A DNA stretch of 59,189 bases from Candidatus Aminicenantes bacterium (GCA_046538375.1 JBKHJA010000001.1:1-59189), one strand, 5' to 3'. Shown: positions 25,986-35,500, numbered from the stretch's first letter. Notes: generated from the sequence alone by a model not told the origin. Made by a program: numbers and translations.

Positions 25986-28592
25986 TCAGTGGGCAAGATG
26001 ACAGGCAACCAGGCGGCCTTCTTCTGTGGATCGGAGTTCTGGCTCTTGCTTTGTGCAGTCCTTCACCTGGGGGAGGGGACAGCGGGGGTGGAACCGGCAT
26101 CCAGAGGGAGGATTCACCGCAGTGGGAGTTTCCCCTGAAATCCGGAGGCCTTTAGGGCCTGGCTGCTGGCCGACTTCCAGGACCGAATCCAGAAGAAGCC
26201 GGGTGTAAGGATGCTGCGGTGAATCGATGATTTGATTCCTGGTTCCTGTCTCCACAATTTTTCCCAAATACATGACCGCAATGCGGTCGCTTATCTGAGC
26301 AATCACTGCAAGGTCGTGGGCGATAAGAAGATAAGTCAAATCAAATTCCCGCTGGAGATTTTTCAACAGGTTCATGATCTGGGCTTGGATAGAAATGTCC
26401 AGTGCAGCCACCGGTTCATCAGCCACTATAAACCGGGGATGAACCGCCAATGCCCTGGCAATCCCGATGCGCTGCCGCTGGCCGCCGCTGAATTGATGGG
26501 GATAATGGCCGGCCCATTCACAGGAAAGCCCCGCCTGTTCCATAAGCCGGAATACTTTCTTTTCCTTTTCCTCTGCTGTCAGGTTGAAGTGGAGTTTCAA
26601 AGGGAGAGAGAGAATTTTTTTGACCGTCTGACGGGGATTGAGTGAGGCATAGGGGTCTTGGAAGATGATCTGCATCTCGGTGCGCAGGGGGCGCAGCTGC
26701 CGCCAGCTCAGGTGGGTAATGTCCAGGTCTTTGAAAAGAATTTGTCCTTCAGTGGGTTCCTCAAGCCTGAGGATGGTTCGTCCTAGAGTGGACTTGCCGC
26801 AGCCGCTCTCGCCCACCAATCCAAGGACTTCCCCTGGATAAATGTCGAGGGAGACGCCATCCACTGCCCGGATGTGCGCTCCTTTTTTCCTCCGGGTTTT
26901 GGTGACCGGAAAATGTTTCTTGAGATTCCTGATTCGAATCAGCGGTTGATCTGCTGGGTTTGAACGGCCAGCATTCTTTTGGTGGGTGCCAGGATTGTGT
27001 CCAGCAGGTTTTCCGTATCCTCCGCCGCCAGGAGTGATGATGCGGAGGAGATCCCCGCGCTTCAACTTATGGGGTTTTCGAGGATTGAGTACTTTTTCTC
27101 TCTTGGTTCCGGGATTCAGGACCCATTTGCCCTTCTGGCCGGGCTGGCCCCCAAACAAACCTGGAGGGGCCATCTTCTGCCGGTCTGTCTTTCCCATCTG
27201 GCTTACTCCATCTGCCAGCACCCGGATATCCTTTTGCAGACCCCGTCCTCCTGGCCAGCGTCCTCTGCCTCCAGAGTGAGGGACCAGCTTATGCCTTTCT
27301 ATACGAACCGGAAATTCGGTTTCTGCCACTTCCACGGGCAGGTTGATGGAATTGGAGGTGTTGGTCTGGACCCCGTCCAGGCCGTCTTTACCCGGACGGC
27401 CCCCGTCGCCTCCTCCTAGGACTTCTTCGTACACGAAGACCTGCTTTGTTTGAGGGTGTCGACCGCTCAGACAGCACACAGTGGTGCAGCCGCAGCCTGA
27501 GGCCTTGGCTCTCTCCGGGAGAGCCTGAGCCAGGGCGCCGATCACCACATCAGCCACCCGCTGCATGGTGTCAGAGCGGGCTCCTACTGCTGCCGGAAAT
27601 CGAGGATTGACCACGGTTCCTTTTTCTCCTGCTTGGATGATGACAGGGCGAAAGCAGCCGGAGTTGGGAGGTATGGTAGGATCGGTAAAACAGCGAACCG
27701 CAAAATAGACACCCACCTTGAGGTTAGAGCGGGGAAGATTGATGGCCCCTTGGGCTTGGGGATCAGTGCCTGAAAAGTCCATCTTCATCTGATCACCGGC
27801 GACCTCCGCACACACCCTGATGGCCTTCGGAGGACCGCCCATACCGTCATCATCCATGGCATCCTCATACTCATACACGCCGTCGGGGATTTTCTCGATT
27901 TCTTCTCTCATCCGCTTTTCCGAGTACTCCTGCACCGCTCTCATGCCAGCCAGCAGTGCCTCTCTCCCGTATTTTTTTACGGCCTCCAGGAGGCGGCGTT
28001 CGCCGGTACGGCAGGCAGCGATTTGAGCGCTCAGGTCGCCCCGGAATGTTTCTGGAGTGCGGACATTGGCAGCGATAAGGCCGATCAGGTCTTGATTGAA
28101 TTCACCCCGGTGGCAGAGCTTCATCACCGACAGCCGCACTCCCTCCTGGAAAATCTCTTGATTATCCCCTGCGTAACTGGCTGGAAGACGTCCTCCTATA
28201 TCCTGATGGTGTCCGATATTGGAGACAAATCCCATCAGTTTTCCTGCTTGGTAAACCGGAGCAGAAACAGTGATGTCGTTCAAGTGGGCACCACCGCCCA
28301 CATAAGGATCATTGGCCAGAAAAATGTCTCCTTTGTGGATGGATTCATTTTCTGATGGGGAAAGAATAGCCTGACTTAAACCTAAGAGAGAGCCCAGATG
28401 GACAGGATTGTGTTCCCCCTGAGCCACACAGTTCCCCTGGGCATCGAACAGGGCACAGGAACAGTCTTCTCTTTCCTTGATTCCGGGGGAATAACTGCTC
28501 CTGACCAGAGCCAGCCACATTTCGTCAGTGATAGTCAGGAACAGGTTGTTCAGCAGTTCAAAAGTAATAGGATCCACTCTTTCCATGAACAT
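25986..28592 (-). CDS. fusion protein: hydantoinase B/oxoprolinase-family subunit (N-terminal ~525 aa) + oligopeptide-type ABC transporter ATP-binding domain (C-terminal ~320 aa)
   Basis: Uninterrupted 868-aa ORF. The N-terminal half has RVDPITFELLNN...SYSPGIKEREDCSCALFD ... ITPGGGGYG (HyuB pattern). The C-terminal half has Walker A GESGCGKS, signature FSGGQRQR, Walker B FIVADEPVAALD, H-loop IAHDL, and a C-terminal CRFHPRCP motif as in DppF/OppF. Confidence 0.85.
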   Translation of the reverse strand: MFMERVDPITFELLNNLFLTITDEMWLALVRSSYSPGIKEREDCSCALFDAQGNCVAQGEHNPVHLGSLLGLSQAILSPSENESIHKGDIFLANDPYVGGGAHLNDITVSAPVYQAGKLMGFVSNIGHHQDIGGRLPASYAGDNQEIFQEGVRLSVMKLCHRGEFNQDLIGLIAANVRTPETFRGDLSAQIAACRTGERRLLEAVKKYGREALLAGMRAVQEYSEKRMREEIEKIPDGVYEYEDAMDDDGMGGPPKAIRVCAEVAGDQMKMDFSGTDPQAQGAINLPRSNLKVGVYFAVRCFTDPTIPPNSGCFRPVIIQAGEKGTVVNPRFPAAVGARSDTMQRVADVVIGALAQALPERAKASGCGCTTVCCLSGRHPQTKQVFVYEEVLGGGDGGRPGKDGLDGVQTNTSNSINLPVEVAETEFPVRIERHKLVPHSGGRGRWPGGRGLQKDIRVLADGVSQMGKTDRQKMAPPGLFGGQPGQKGKWVLNPGTKREKVLNPRKPHKLKRGDLLRIITPGGGGYGKPAGHNPGTHQKNAGRSNPADQPLIRIRNLKKHFPVTKTRRKKGAHIRAVDGVSLDIYPGEVLGLVGESGCGKSTLGRTILRLEEPTEGQILFKDLDITHLSWRQLRPLRTEMQIIFQDPYASLNPRQTVKKILSLPLKLHFNLTAEEKEKKVFRLMEQAGLSCEWAGHYPHQFSGGQRQRIGIARALAVHPRFIVADEPVAALDISIQAQIMNLLKNLQREFDLTYLLIAHDLAVIAQISDRIAVMYLGKIVETGTRNQIIDSPQHPYTRLLLDSVLEVGQQPGPKGLRISGETPTAVNPPSGCRFHPRCPLPQVKDCTKQEPELRSTEEGRLVACHLAH

Positions 28593-28596
28593 TACC

Positions 28597-30717
28597 TCAA
28601 TGCCTGGTCAGCATAAGATTTTCATGAGAATCTCTTCGAGCCTTCCACCCAGGAGGAATCACTGTGGTGGAATTGGGTTCTTCTATGACGGCCGGCCCCT
28701 CAATCTCGGTGACCCTGGCTGGACAGAGGTTGGTCCGTTCATAGATAGGCGTTTCCACCAAGCCCTGGCTCTGTTTGAAAAAGACTTTCCTTTTTCCTTT
28801 GAAAACCGATTGATTTGCTTTGGGATGATAATGCGGCAGCGCAATATCTGGACTTTTTACAATTATAGTGACCCTTAAATTGACCAGCTGGAGAGGATGA
28901 TGGGGGTGGGAGTGTCCGTAGAAGTGGTGGTGTTCAGTATGGAAACGATTTGCCACTTTCTGCAGATGGTTTTGCTTCAGGGGTCTGGAGGGGAACGAAA
29001 TGTTAAGCCAGTGAGTTTGACCTTGGTAGCGGATATCTGCGCTTCGCTTCACCTGCCCTTTTTTGCTGGGCACCTGTTTTTTTAACTGCTGGCGGGCTTT
29101 CTTCTCCAGGCCGCCAAAAAGGTTTTCTATTTCTTCTGTTTTCCTGGAGGAGAGGGGCATCATCCTGGCCAGGGAAACATCCACCCGCAGATCACTGGCC
29201 AGCAGCCCGTAACAGGAAAAAAGGCCGGGTTCCACAGGAACGATGACTTTGGGGATTTGAAGTTCTTCAGCCAAATCCGCCCCATGCGCTCCTCCAGAGC
29301 CGCCAAAAGCGATCAGGGTGAACTGTCTGGGATCCTGTCCTCTCTCCAGAGAGATAAATCTGAGCGCCCGCAGCATATTGGCGTTGGCGATCTGGATGAT
29401 ACCTTGGGCAGCCTGGAAAATGCTCAGCCCTAACGGTTCAGCGATCTTGGATTGAATGGCAGTGCGGGCTGCCCGGGCATCCAGGGGCATCCTTCCTTCC
29501 AGGAAGTATTTGGGATTGAGACGCCCTAAAACCAAGTTGGCATCGGTCACCGTAGGACTTTTCCCTCCTTGGCCGTAGCACACTGGTCCAGGATTTACCC
29601 CTGCGCTTTGAGGGCCCACATTCAAGGCTCCCCCAGAATCTATCCAGGCAGTGCTCCCTGCTCCAGCGCCCACTTCAGCCAGATCGAGGCTGGGCAGGCG
29701 AAGCGGATATCCTCCTCCTTTTTTAACATTATGCCCGTACAGGCTTCCTCCGATCTCCTGTTCTGAGGTGAAGGGAGATTGCCCGTCCTGTATCAGGCTG
29801 GCTTTGGCTGTGGTGCCGCCCATATCAAAGGAGATGGCATTTTTCAGATTGAGTAATCTGGCCAGGTGGGCGGAAGCGGTCACTCCTGCTGCTGGTCCGG
29901 ACTCCACCATTTTGGCCGGGAGTTCTCTAGCCATGACCGGAGTCATCATGCCTCCGTTGGATCCCATGATACGCAGGGAATTGGCACTTCCTTTCTCCTG
30001 CACTGCCTTCTCCACTTTGCTTAAATATTGGTCTACCAGAGGGCGCAGACAGGCGTTGATCACGGTGGCCGATGTCCTTTCGTATTCCCGAATCTCAGGC
30101 AGGACTTCTGAGGAAAGGCAGACCATAACTTCTGGATAATACCGGCTGATGGTTTCTTTGACTTTATACTCGGAGGCAGGATTGAGGTAGGAGAACAGAA
30201 AACACACAGCCAAAGCACTCACTTTTTCCTGTTTGACCAGTTTTTTCAGGACAGGGTCCAATTCTTTTTCATTGACCGGGGTCAGGATATTTCCGCTGGC
30301 ATCGGTCCGTTCCGAAACTTCTTTCCTCAGGCAAGAAGGAATGAGAGGAGGGATTTTCTCTGTAAAAAAATCATAGGGTTGGGGCCTTTTCTGCCTGGCG
30401 ATTTCCAGGATGTCTCCAAATCCTTTGGTGGTTATTAAGGCAGTCTTGGCCGTTTTGCCCTCTAAGATGGCATTGGTGGCTGCAGTGGTGGCGTGGATGA
30501 GAACACTCATTTCCTCAGGACTTTTCTGGGCCTTGTTCAACAGTTCTTCCCAGGCTTGAAGAAAGCCCAGGGAAACATCTGGAGTGCTGGTGGCAACTTT
30601 GGTGGTGAATGTCTTTCCTTCTTGTTGATCCATCAGCAGACCATCGGTAAAAGTCCCTCCGATGTCAACACCCACTTTAAACCTGGTCATGGTTTTCCTC
30701 TTTTTTGGGGAAGTCAA
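28597..30717 (-). CDS. hydantoinase A/oxoprolinase-family subunit (ATP-binding, actin-like fold)
   Basis: 706-aa ORF. KVGVDIGGTFTD is the N-terminal phosphate-binding motif, followed by a second GGT motif (SFDMGGTTA). The length is typical of HyuA. Alternative start at ATG 30690 (MTRFKVGVDIGG). Confidence 0.9.
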   Translation of the reverse strand: MTSPKKRKTMTRFKVGVDIGGTFTDGLLMDQQEGKTFTTKVATSTPDVSLGFLQAWEELLNKAQKSPEEMSVLIHATTAATNAILEGKTAKTALITTKGFGDILEIARQKRPQPYDFFTEKIPPLIPSCLRKEVSERTDASGNILTPVNEKELDPVLKKLVKQEKVSALAVCFLFSYLNPASEYKVKETISRYYPEVMVCLSSEVLPEIREYERTSATVINACLRPLVDQYLSKVEKAVQEKGSANSLRIMGSNGGMMTPVMARELPAKMVESGPAAGVTASAHLARLLNLKNAISFDMGGTTAKASLIQDGQSPFTSEQEIGGSLYGHNVKKGGGYPLRLPSLDLAEVGAGAGSTAWIDSGGALNVGPQSAGVNPGPVCYGQGGKSPTVTDANLVLGRLNPKYFLEGRMPLDARAARTAIQSKIAEPLGLSIFQAAQGIIQIANANMLRALRFISLERGQDPRQFTLIAFGGSGGAHGADLAEELQIPKVIVPVEPGLFSCYGLLASDLRVDVSLARMMPLSSRKTEEIENLFGGLEKKARQQLKKQVPSKKGQVKRSADIRYQGQTHWLNISFPSRPLKQNHLQKVANRFHTEHHHFYGHSHPHHPLQLVNLRVTIIVKSPDIALPHYHPKANQSVFKGKRKVFFKQSQGLVETPIYERTNLCPARVTEIEGPAVIEEPNSTTVIPPGWKARRDSHENLMLTRH

Positions 30718-31735
30718 GATGACACCTCACCTGCCAGTTTCCATCTACAGTGAGGAGCCGGGGTTTTTCTTTCCGGCAGCGTTCCATCAGATGAGGACAG
30801 CGGTCCTGGAAGGTACATCCAGGCGGCAGGTCAGACAGATCCGGAACTTCCCCAGGAATGGGGTAGATGTACTTTTTTCTCTGTAATGCGGGAAGGCATT
30901 CCAGAAGACCCTGGGTGTAGGGGTGTCTGGGGGAAGAAAAGACCTGGGAGGTCAATCCGTGCTCCACAATTTGTCCGGCGTACATCACCGCCACCCGTTT
31001 GCAGAGATAGTCTATGGTCCCTATGTCATGGGTGATAAGAAGGATCGAGGTTCTGTATTTTTCTCTGATTTCAGCCAGAAGGTTCAGGATTTGCACCTGT
31101 ACGGTCACATCCAGGGCGGTGGTTGGCTCGTCAGCAATGAGCAGTAAAGGATTGCAGGCCAGCCCGGCAGCAATGATGGCCCGCTGACGCATCCCTCCGC
31201 TCAACTGGTGAGGATACTGGCGGGTTCGCTCTCTAGGAGATGGGATGTGGACCAGCCGCATGAGCTCCAGAACCCTCTGTTGAATAGTCCCTCTCTGGGC
31301 CTGGTTATTCTTCCTTTCTGGCTGCCAGTGGTGGATTTTTAGAACCTCAGCAATTTGATAACCCACCTGAAGCACAGGATTGAGAGTGGTCAGGGGATCC
31401 TGGAAAACCATGGCTATGGACCGTCCCCGTATCCGCTGCATTTCCTTTTCCGGCTGCTGGAGCAGGTCCACACCTTGGAAAAAGATTTCTCCGGAGACAA
31501 TCCGGCCCGGTGGGGATATAAGGCGGAGGAGGGAGAGAGCAAATACACTTTTTCCGCACCCGGATTCTCCCACCAGTCCCAGAGCCTCACCCTGGTTCAG
31601 GATCAAGCTTACTCCATCCACTGCCTTCACTGTGCCCTGGTGAGTAAAGAAATAGGTGCTCAGATTGTTTATGTTCAGTAAAGGTGACCGGTAAGCTGCG
31701 GGGTTTATGTTTTTTTTGTTCTCTTTGATCTTCAT
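30677..31735 (-). CDS. oligopeptide/dipeptide-type ABC transporter ATP-binding protein (DppD/OppD-like)
   Basis: The track ORF 30677..32260 is over-extended. Its first ~175 codons overlap the permease gene in another frame. The true start is ATG 31735 (MKIKENKK...), which forms an ATGA overlap with the permease stop. Walker A GESGCGKS, LSGGMRQR, IADEPTTALD and ITHD motifs are present. Confidence 0.9.
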   Translation of the reverse strand: MKIKENKKNINPAAYRSPLLNINNLSTYFFTHQGTVKAVDGVSLILNQGEALGLVGESGCGKSVFALSLLRLISPPGRIVSGEIFFQGVDLLQQPEKEMQRIRGRSIAMVFQDPLTTLNPVLQVGYQIAEVLKIHHWQPERKNNQAQRGTIQQRVLELMRLVHIPSPRERTRQYPHQLSGGMRQRAIIAAGLACNPLLLIADEPTTALDVTVQVQILNLLAEIREKYRTSILLITHDIGTIDYLCKRVAVMYAGQIVEHGLTSQVFSSPRHPYTQGLLECLPALQRKKYIYPIPGEVPDLSDLPPGCTFQDRCPHLMERCRKEKPRLLTVDGNWQVRCHLDFPKKEENHDQV

Positions 31736-32610
31736 CTCATCTGACTCTTGAGTCTGGGGTCCAGGACTTCGCGCAGCCCGTTTCCGAACATATTCACTCC
31801 CATCACCATGATGAGAATAGCCAGGCCGGGAAAGGTGGCGATCCACCACTCTTCGAGGAGGTAGGCTCTGCCTTCGCTGACCATCCCCCCCCAGCTGGGG
31901 AAGGGAGGCTGAATACCCAGACCCAGAAAGCTCAAAGAGGCTTCCAGCAGGATGATGATAGCCACGTTGAGAGTGGCGAACACCATCACTGAGGAGAGCA
32001 CATTGGGGAATATCTCTCCAGCCATGATACGGCCATGGCCGGCCCCCATGGACTCTGCGGCCTCCACATATTCCCGGGTTTTGGCGGACAGAGTGTCCCC
32101 CCGCACCAGGCGGCAGAAGGGCACCCAGCCTTTTATGGTCAAAGTGATGATGATGTTCATCAATCCCGGCTTGAGAAAGGCCATCATGCCGATAGCAAAA
32201 AGCATGAAAGGAAAAGCCAGGAGAATATCCACTATCCGGGATATCACTGAATCCAGCCATCCGCCGAAATAGCCGGCCAAAAGGCCCAGCACAGATCCTA
32301 TAAAGGCAGAGAGGATGACCACCACCACTCCTACCAGGATAGAAACACGTGCCCCATACAGGATCCGGCTCAACAGATCACGCCCTTGCTGGTCGCAGCC
32401 TAAGGGATAGGTCCAGTCACCTCCCTTCATCCATGCCGGCGGTTTGAATCGGTTTGTCAAACGGCCGTGAAAAGGATCATGGGGAGAAATGAGGGGAGTG
32501 AAAACAGCGCACAGGGTGAAGAGAAACACCACTCCACCGCCCACCACAGCCAGTCGGTGGCGGCGGATCTTAAGCCAGAATGAGCGCAAGTTTCTTGAAT
32601 CCATCCTCAT
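31732..32610 (-). CDS. ABC transporter permease (DppC/OppC-like)
   Basis: 292-aa polytopic membrane ORF with an N-terminal RRHRLA... pattern and the EAA-loop region YVEAAESMGAGHGRIM. Confidence 0.9.
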   Translation of the reverse strand: MRMDSRNLRSFWLKIRRHRLAVVGGGVVFLFTLCAVFTPLISPHDPFHGRLTNRFKPPAWMKGGDWTYPLGCDQQGRDLLSRILYGARVSILVGVVVVILSAFIGSVLGLLAGYFGGWLDSVISRIVDILLAFPFMLFAIGMMAFLKPGLMNIIITLTIKGWVPFCRLVRGDTLSAKTREYVEAAESMGAGHGRIMAGEIFPNVLSSVMVFATLNVAIIILLEASLSFLGLGIQPPFPSWGGMVSEGRAYLLEEWWIATFPGLAILIMVMGVNMFGNGLREVLDPRLKSQMR

Positions 32611-32621
32611 CCTATTCTCTA

Positions 32622-33635
32622 TCAGACATTCTCAATCCTGGGATTGAGGTAGGTGTACAGCATGTCGGTAGCGAAATTGATGACCACATAGGTCACTGCG
32701 TAAAGCAGCACAGCGCCTTGAACCAGAGGGTAGTTGCGGGCATAAATGGCATCCACTGTCATCCGGCCCAGTCCGGGCCAGCCGAACACGGTTTCGATGA
32801 TCATATTGCCGCCCAAAAGAGACCCCAGTTGAAGGCCCACCACACTTATCACCGGAATCATGGCGTTTTTGAGAGCATGATTCAAGGCCACCACTCTTTC
32901 CGGAAGACCCTTAGCCCTGGCGAAAAGGATGTAATCCTGCTGAAGCATCTCCAGCATGGAAGCACGAGTCATCCGCATGGTCACCGCTGCTGTCCATCCT
33001 CCCAGGGCCACAGCTGGAAGCAGCAGGTGACGCAGGGCACTCAGGAGGGCCGCTCCGTTGAGGGTGATCATGGAATCCAGAACATAGCAGCCGGTGATGG
33101 TTTTTAAAGAAATACCATAGTCGATCCGCCCTGAAACAGGCAGCCATTCCAGTCTCATTCCGAAGATGAGAATGAGCAGCACTCCGATCAAAAAGCCGGG
33201 CATGGAGATACCCAGCAGGGCTGACCAGGAGGCTCCGTGATCCAGGATTCCATGCGGCCGCATGGCTGAGATCATTCCCAGAGGGATGGCCACCAGCAGG
33301 GCCAGGAACATGGCGGTGAAGGTCAGCTCCACGGTGGCCGGAAGATAATCACCGATCACTTCTGTTACCGGGCGCTGGTGAGTGAAGGAGAGGCCTAAGT
33401 CGCCCTGCACAGCTCTGGTGATGAAGTAAAAATATTGAACAGGAAAAGGCCGGTCCAGGCCGTATTGATGCCGAAGCTGCTCCACTTCCTGTTGGCTGAC
33501 TCCTGCCGCTTCCCCCATCATCAGTTCCACCGGATCGCCGGGAGTCAAATGCAGGAAGGAAAAGATGATGAAACTGACACCCATAAGCACCAGGATGGTT
33601 TGGGCCGAACGCTTGGCTAAGAACCGAATCCACAT
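32622..33635 (-). CDS. ABC transporter permease (DppB/OppB-like)
   Basis: 337-aa polytopic membrane ORF. The N-terminus has LTPGDPVE and the EAA loop is DYILFARAKGLPERVV. Confidence 0.9.
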   Translation of the reverse strand: MWIRFLAKRSAQTILVLMGVSFIIFSFLHLTPGDPVELMMGEAAGVSQQEVEQLRHQYGLDRPFPVQYFYFITRAVQGDLGLSFTHQRPVTEVIGDYLPATVELTFTAMFLALLVAIPLGMISAMRPHGILDHGASWSALLGISMPGFLIGVLLILIFGMRLEWLPVSGRIDYGISLKTITGCYVLDSMITLNGAALLSALRHLLLPAVALGGWTAAVTMRMTRASMLEMLQQDYILFARAKGLPERVVALNHALKNAMIPVISVVGLQLGSLLGGNMIIETVFGWPGLGRMTVDAIYARNYPLVQGAVLLYAVTYVVINFATDMLYTYLNPRIENV

Positions 33636-33737
33636 GCGTTTTTATTTGTCAGGCCGTTTTTAGGCTGGGCCGTTTTGACTTTAGGATAACAGAAATCTGC
33701 CCTCAAATAAAACAGCCCCTCTTTTTTCTTGGTAGAA

Positions 33738-33795
33738 GGTGAGGAATGGGGCTTCCTCACCCCCATCCATCATGCCTTTGTATTATATATTTACC
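33738..33795. repeat. intergenic repeat family copy B (C-rich orientation)
   Basis: ggggcttcctcacccccatcc (33748..33768) matches ggggcttcctcaccccccatcc at 53145..53166 apart from one C. It is followed by tttgtattatatattta, like copy A. GGTGAGGAA/TTCCTCACC form a 9-bp hairpin. Confidence 0.7.
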
Positions 33796-34029
33796 ACAGT
33801 ATTGGAAGTGCTTACATCCTTTTTTCTTGACTGGTATTTGCGGCTTGTAATACATTTATCCTTCTGCAAAAATGTCCATCAGGGTTTCTTGCGAGCTTAC
33901 TGCTCACTCAAGCTTTTTCAGAACTGGACCTCTATCAGGAAAGAACCCCCCGGGAACAGCTCCTGGAGAGAGAAACGAAGAAAGCGAAGTGAGAGAAATT
34001 TCTATTTCTTAACATCAAAGGAGGATGGC

Positions 34030-35388
34030 ATGAACCGCTGCTTGAAAGGATGGATAATCTTTTTTTCCTGCCTGTTTGTATATCTCCATGGTGGGGACGG
34101 GCAGCCTGTGGAGGAAAAAACTTTTTCCATAGCCTTGACCGGAGACTCCATTATCACCAGGAAGCTGTCGGTGTACCAGGAGCCGGAGTTCAGGAAAATG
34201 ATCGAACTCATTCGACAGGCGGATGCGGCCTTCACCAATCTTGAGATCCTGTTCCACGACTACGAATCCTACCCCATGCACCAGAGCGGGGGAACTTATA
34301 TGAGAACCGATCCTTCCCTGGCTGCAGAGCTTTGTTGGGCTGGCTTTGATATGGTCTCCCGGGCCAACAACCATGCGGGTGACTATGGTGTTTTAGGCAT
34401 GCATTTGACAACCAAGTATGTGGATCAGGCAGGTTTAGTCCATGCTGGAGTAGGGGACAGTCTTGCCGAAGCACGGGAAGCCAGGTTTCTGGATACGGCC
34501 AAAGCCCGTCTGGCTTTGGTTTCGTGTGCTTCATCCTTTCCTGACCATGCCCGGGCTGGAAAGACCCGAGGCGGTATCCCTCCCAGGCCCGGACTGAATC
34601 CTCTGCGCCACCAGACTACCTATGTGGTGACACCCCCACAGTTTGAAATGTTAAAGGAAATAGGGGAACAGTTGGGGATGAAGCTCTCAGAAAAAGAGGA
34701 GGAGATTAAGTTTCTGAGTTCCCGCTTCATGAAAGGAAAAGAGCCCCAAGTTCGCACTGAACCGCTAAAGGAAGATCTGGAAGAAATTGCTGCTGTGGTC
34801 GAAAATGCCAGCCGCTTGGCGGATTATACCCTGGTGAGTATCCATGCCCATGAAAGCAAAAAGGAGCGCTTTGTTCCAGCCCAGTTTCTGATCACCTTCG
34901 CTCACGCCGTGATTGAGGCAGGTGCGGATGTGGTGGTGGGACATGGCCCTCATGTGCTCCGGGGAATTGAGATTTATCAAGGGAAACCCATCTTCTACAG
35001 CTTGGGCAATTTCATATTCCAGAACGAAACTCTTCTGCGCCTGCCTTATGAAAACTACCAGCGCTACAAATTGGGCCCGGACAAGCATGTGGCTGATTTT
35101 AATGATGCCCGCTATGACTTGGACCGGAAAGGATTTCCAGCCAAGGAGGAATTCTGGGAGTCGGTGATCGCTGTTCCCTGCTGGATGGGAAAAAAGCTGG
35201 AGGAGATTAAACTGTATCCCATAACCTTGGGGTATGGGAAACCGCGGACTGTCCGCGGCCGGCCATTATTTGCTGAGGGGGATTTAAGATTAAAGATTAT
35301 CCAGCGCCTCAAGCGTTACTCCCAGCCTTACGGCACTGCCGTTGATTATCAGGAAGGAATCGGAGTAATAAGATTATCTTCTCAATAA
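34030..35388 (+). CDS. CapA/PGA_cap-family metallophosphatase-fold protein, exported
   Basis: The track ORF starts at 33739. I use ATG 34030, preceded by AAGGAGGA, giving a signal-peptide start MNRCLKGWIIFFSCLFVYLHG. Motifs are LTGDS, ANNHAGDYG, VSIHAHE and VVGHGPHVLRGIE. Confidence 0.8.
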   Translation: MNRCLKGWIIFFSCLFVYLHGGDGQPVEEKTFSIALTGDSIITRKLSVYQEPEFRKMIELIRQADAAFTNLEILFHDYESYPMHQSGGTYMRTDPSLAAELCWAGFDMVSRANNHAGDYGVLGMHLTTKYVDQAGLVHAGVGDSLAEAREARFLDTAKARLALVSCASSFPDHARAGKTRGGIPPRPGLNPLRHQTTYVVTPPQFEMLKEIGEQLGMKLSEKEEEIKFLSSRFMKGKEPQVRTEPLKEDLEEIAAVVENASRLADYTLVSIHAHESKKERFVPAQFLITFAHAVIEAGADVVVGHGPHVLRGIEIYQGKPIFYSLGNFIFQNETLLRLPYENYQRYKLGPDKHVADFNDARYDLDRKGFPAKEEFWESVIAVPCWMGKKLEEIKLYPITLGYGKPRTVRGRPLFAEGDLRLKIIQRLKRYSQPYGTAVDYQEGIGVIRLSSQ

Positions 35389-35500
35389 AGGGAACGGTTC
35401 TATTTTATCAGCCATTAAACTACAGTTTTTCATTCTATGGAGAATCCAATTTTGGAGATGAAATCCATGCTGAGAGAAGCATTTCCAAAACTGTGATGAG

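Noticed and set aside
30677-32260. 527-aa ORF as given in the track
   Set aside because: The first ~175 codons are an out-of-frame overlap with the DppC-like permease gene and have a low-complexity Gly/His/Arg-rich composition. The true ATPase starts at ATG 31735 with an ATGA overlap.
33739-34029. 97-codon N-terminal extension of the CapA-like ORF
   Set aside because: The extension starts inside repeat copy B, has no Shine-Dalgarno, and precedes a much better start (AAGGAGGA + ATG 34030) that yields a proper signal peptide.
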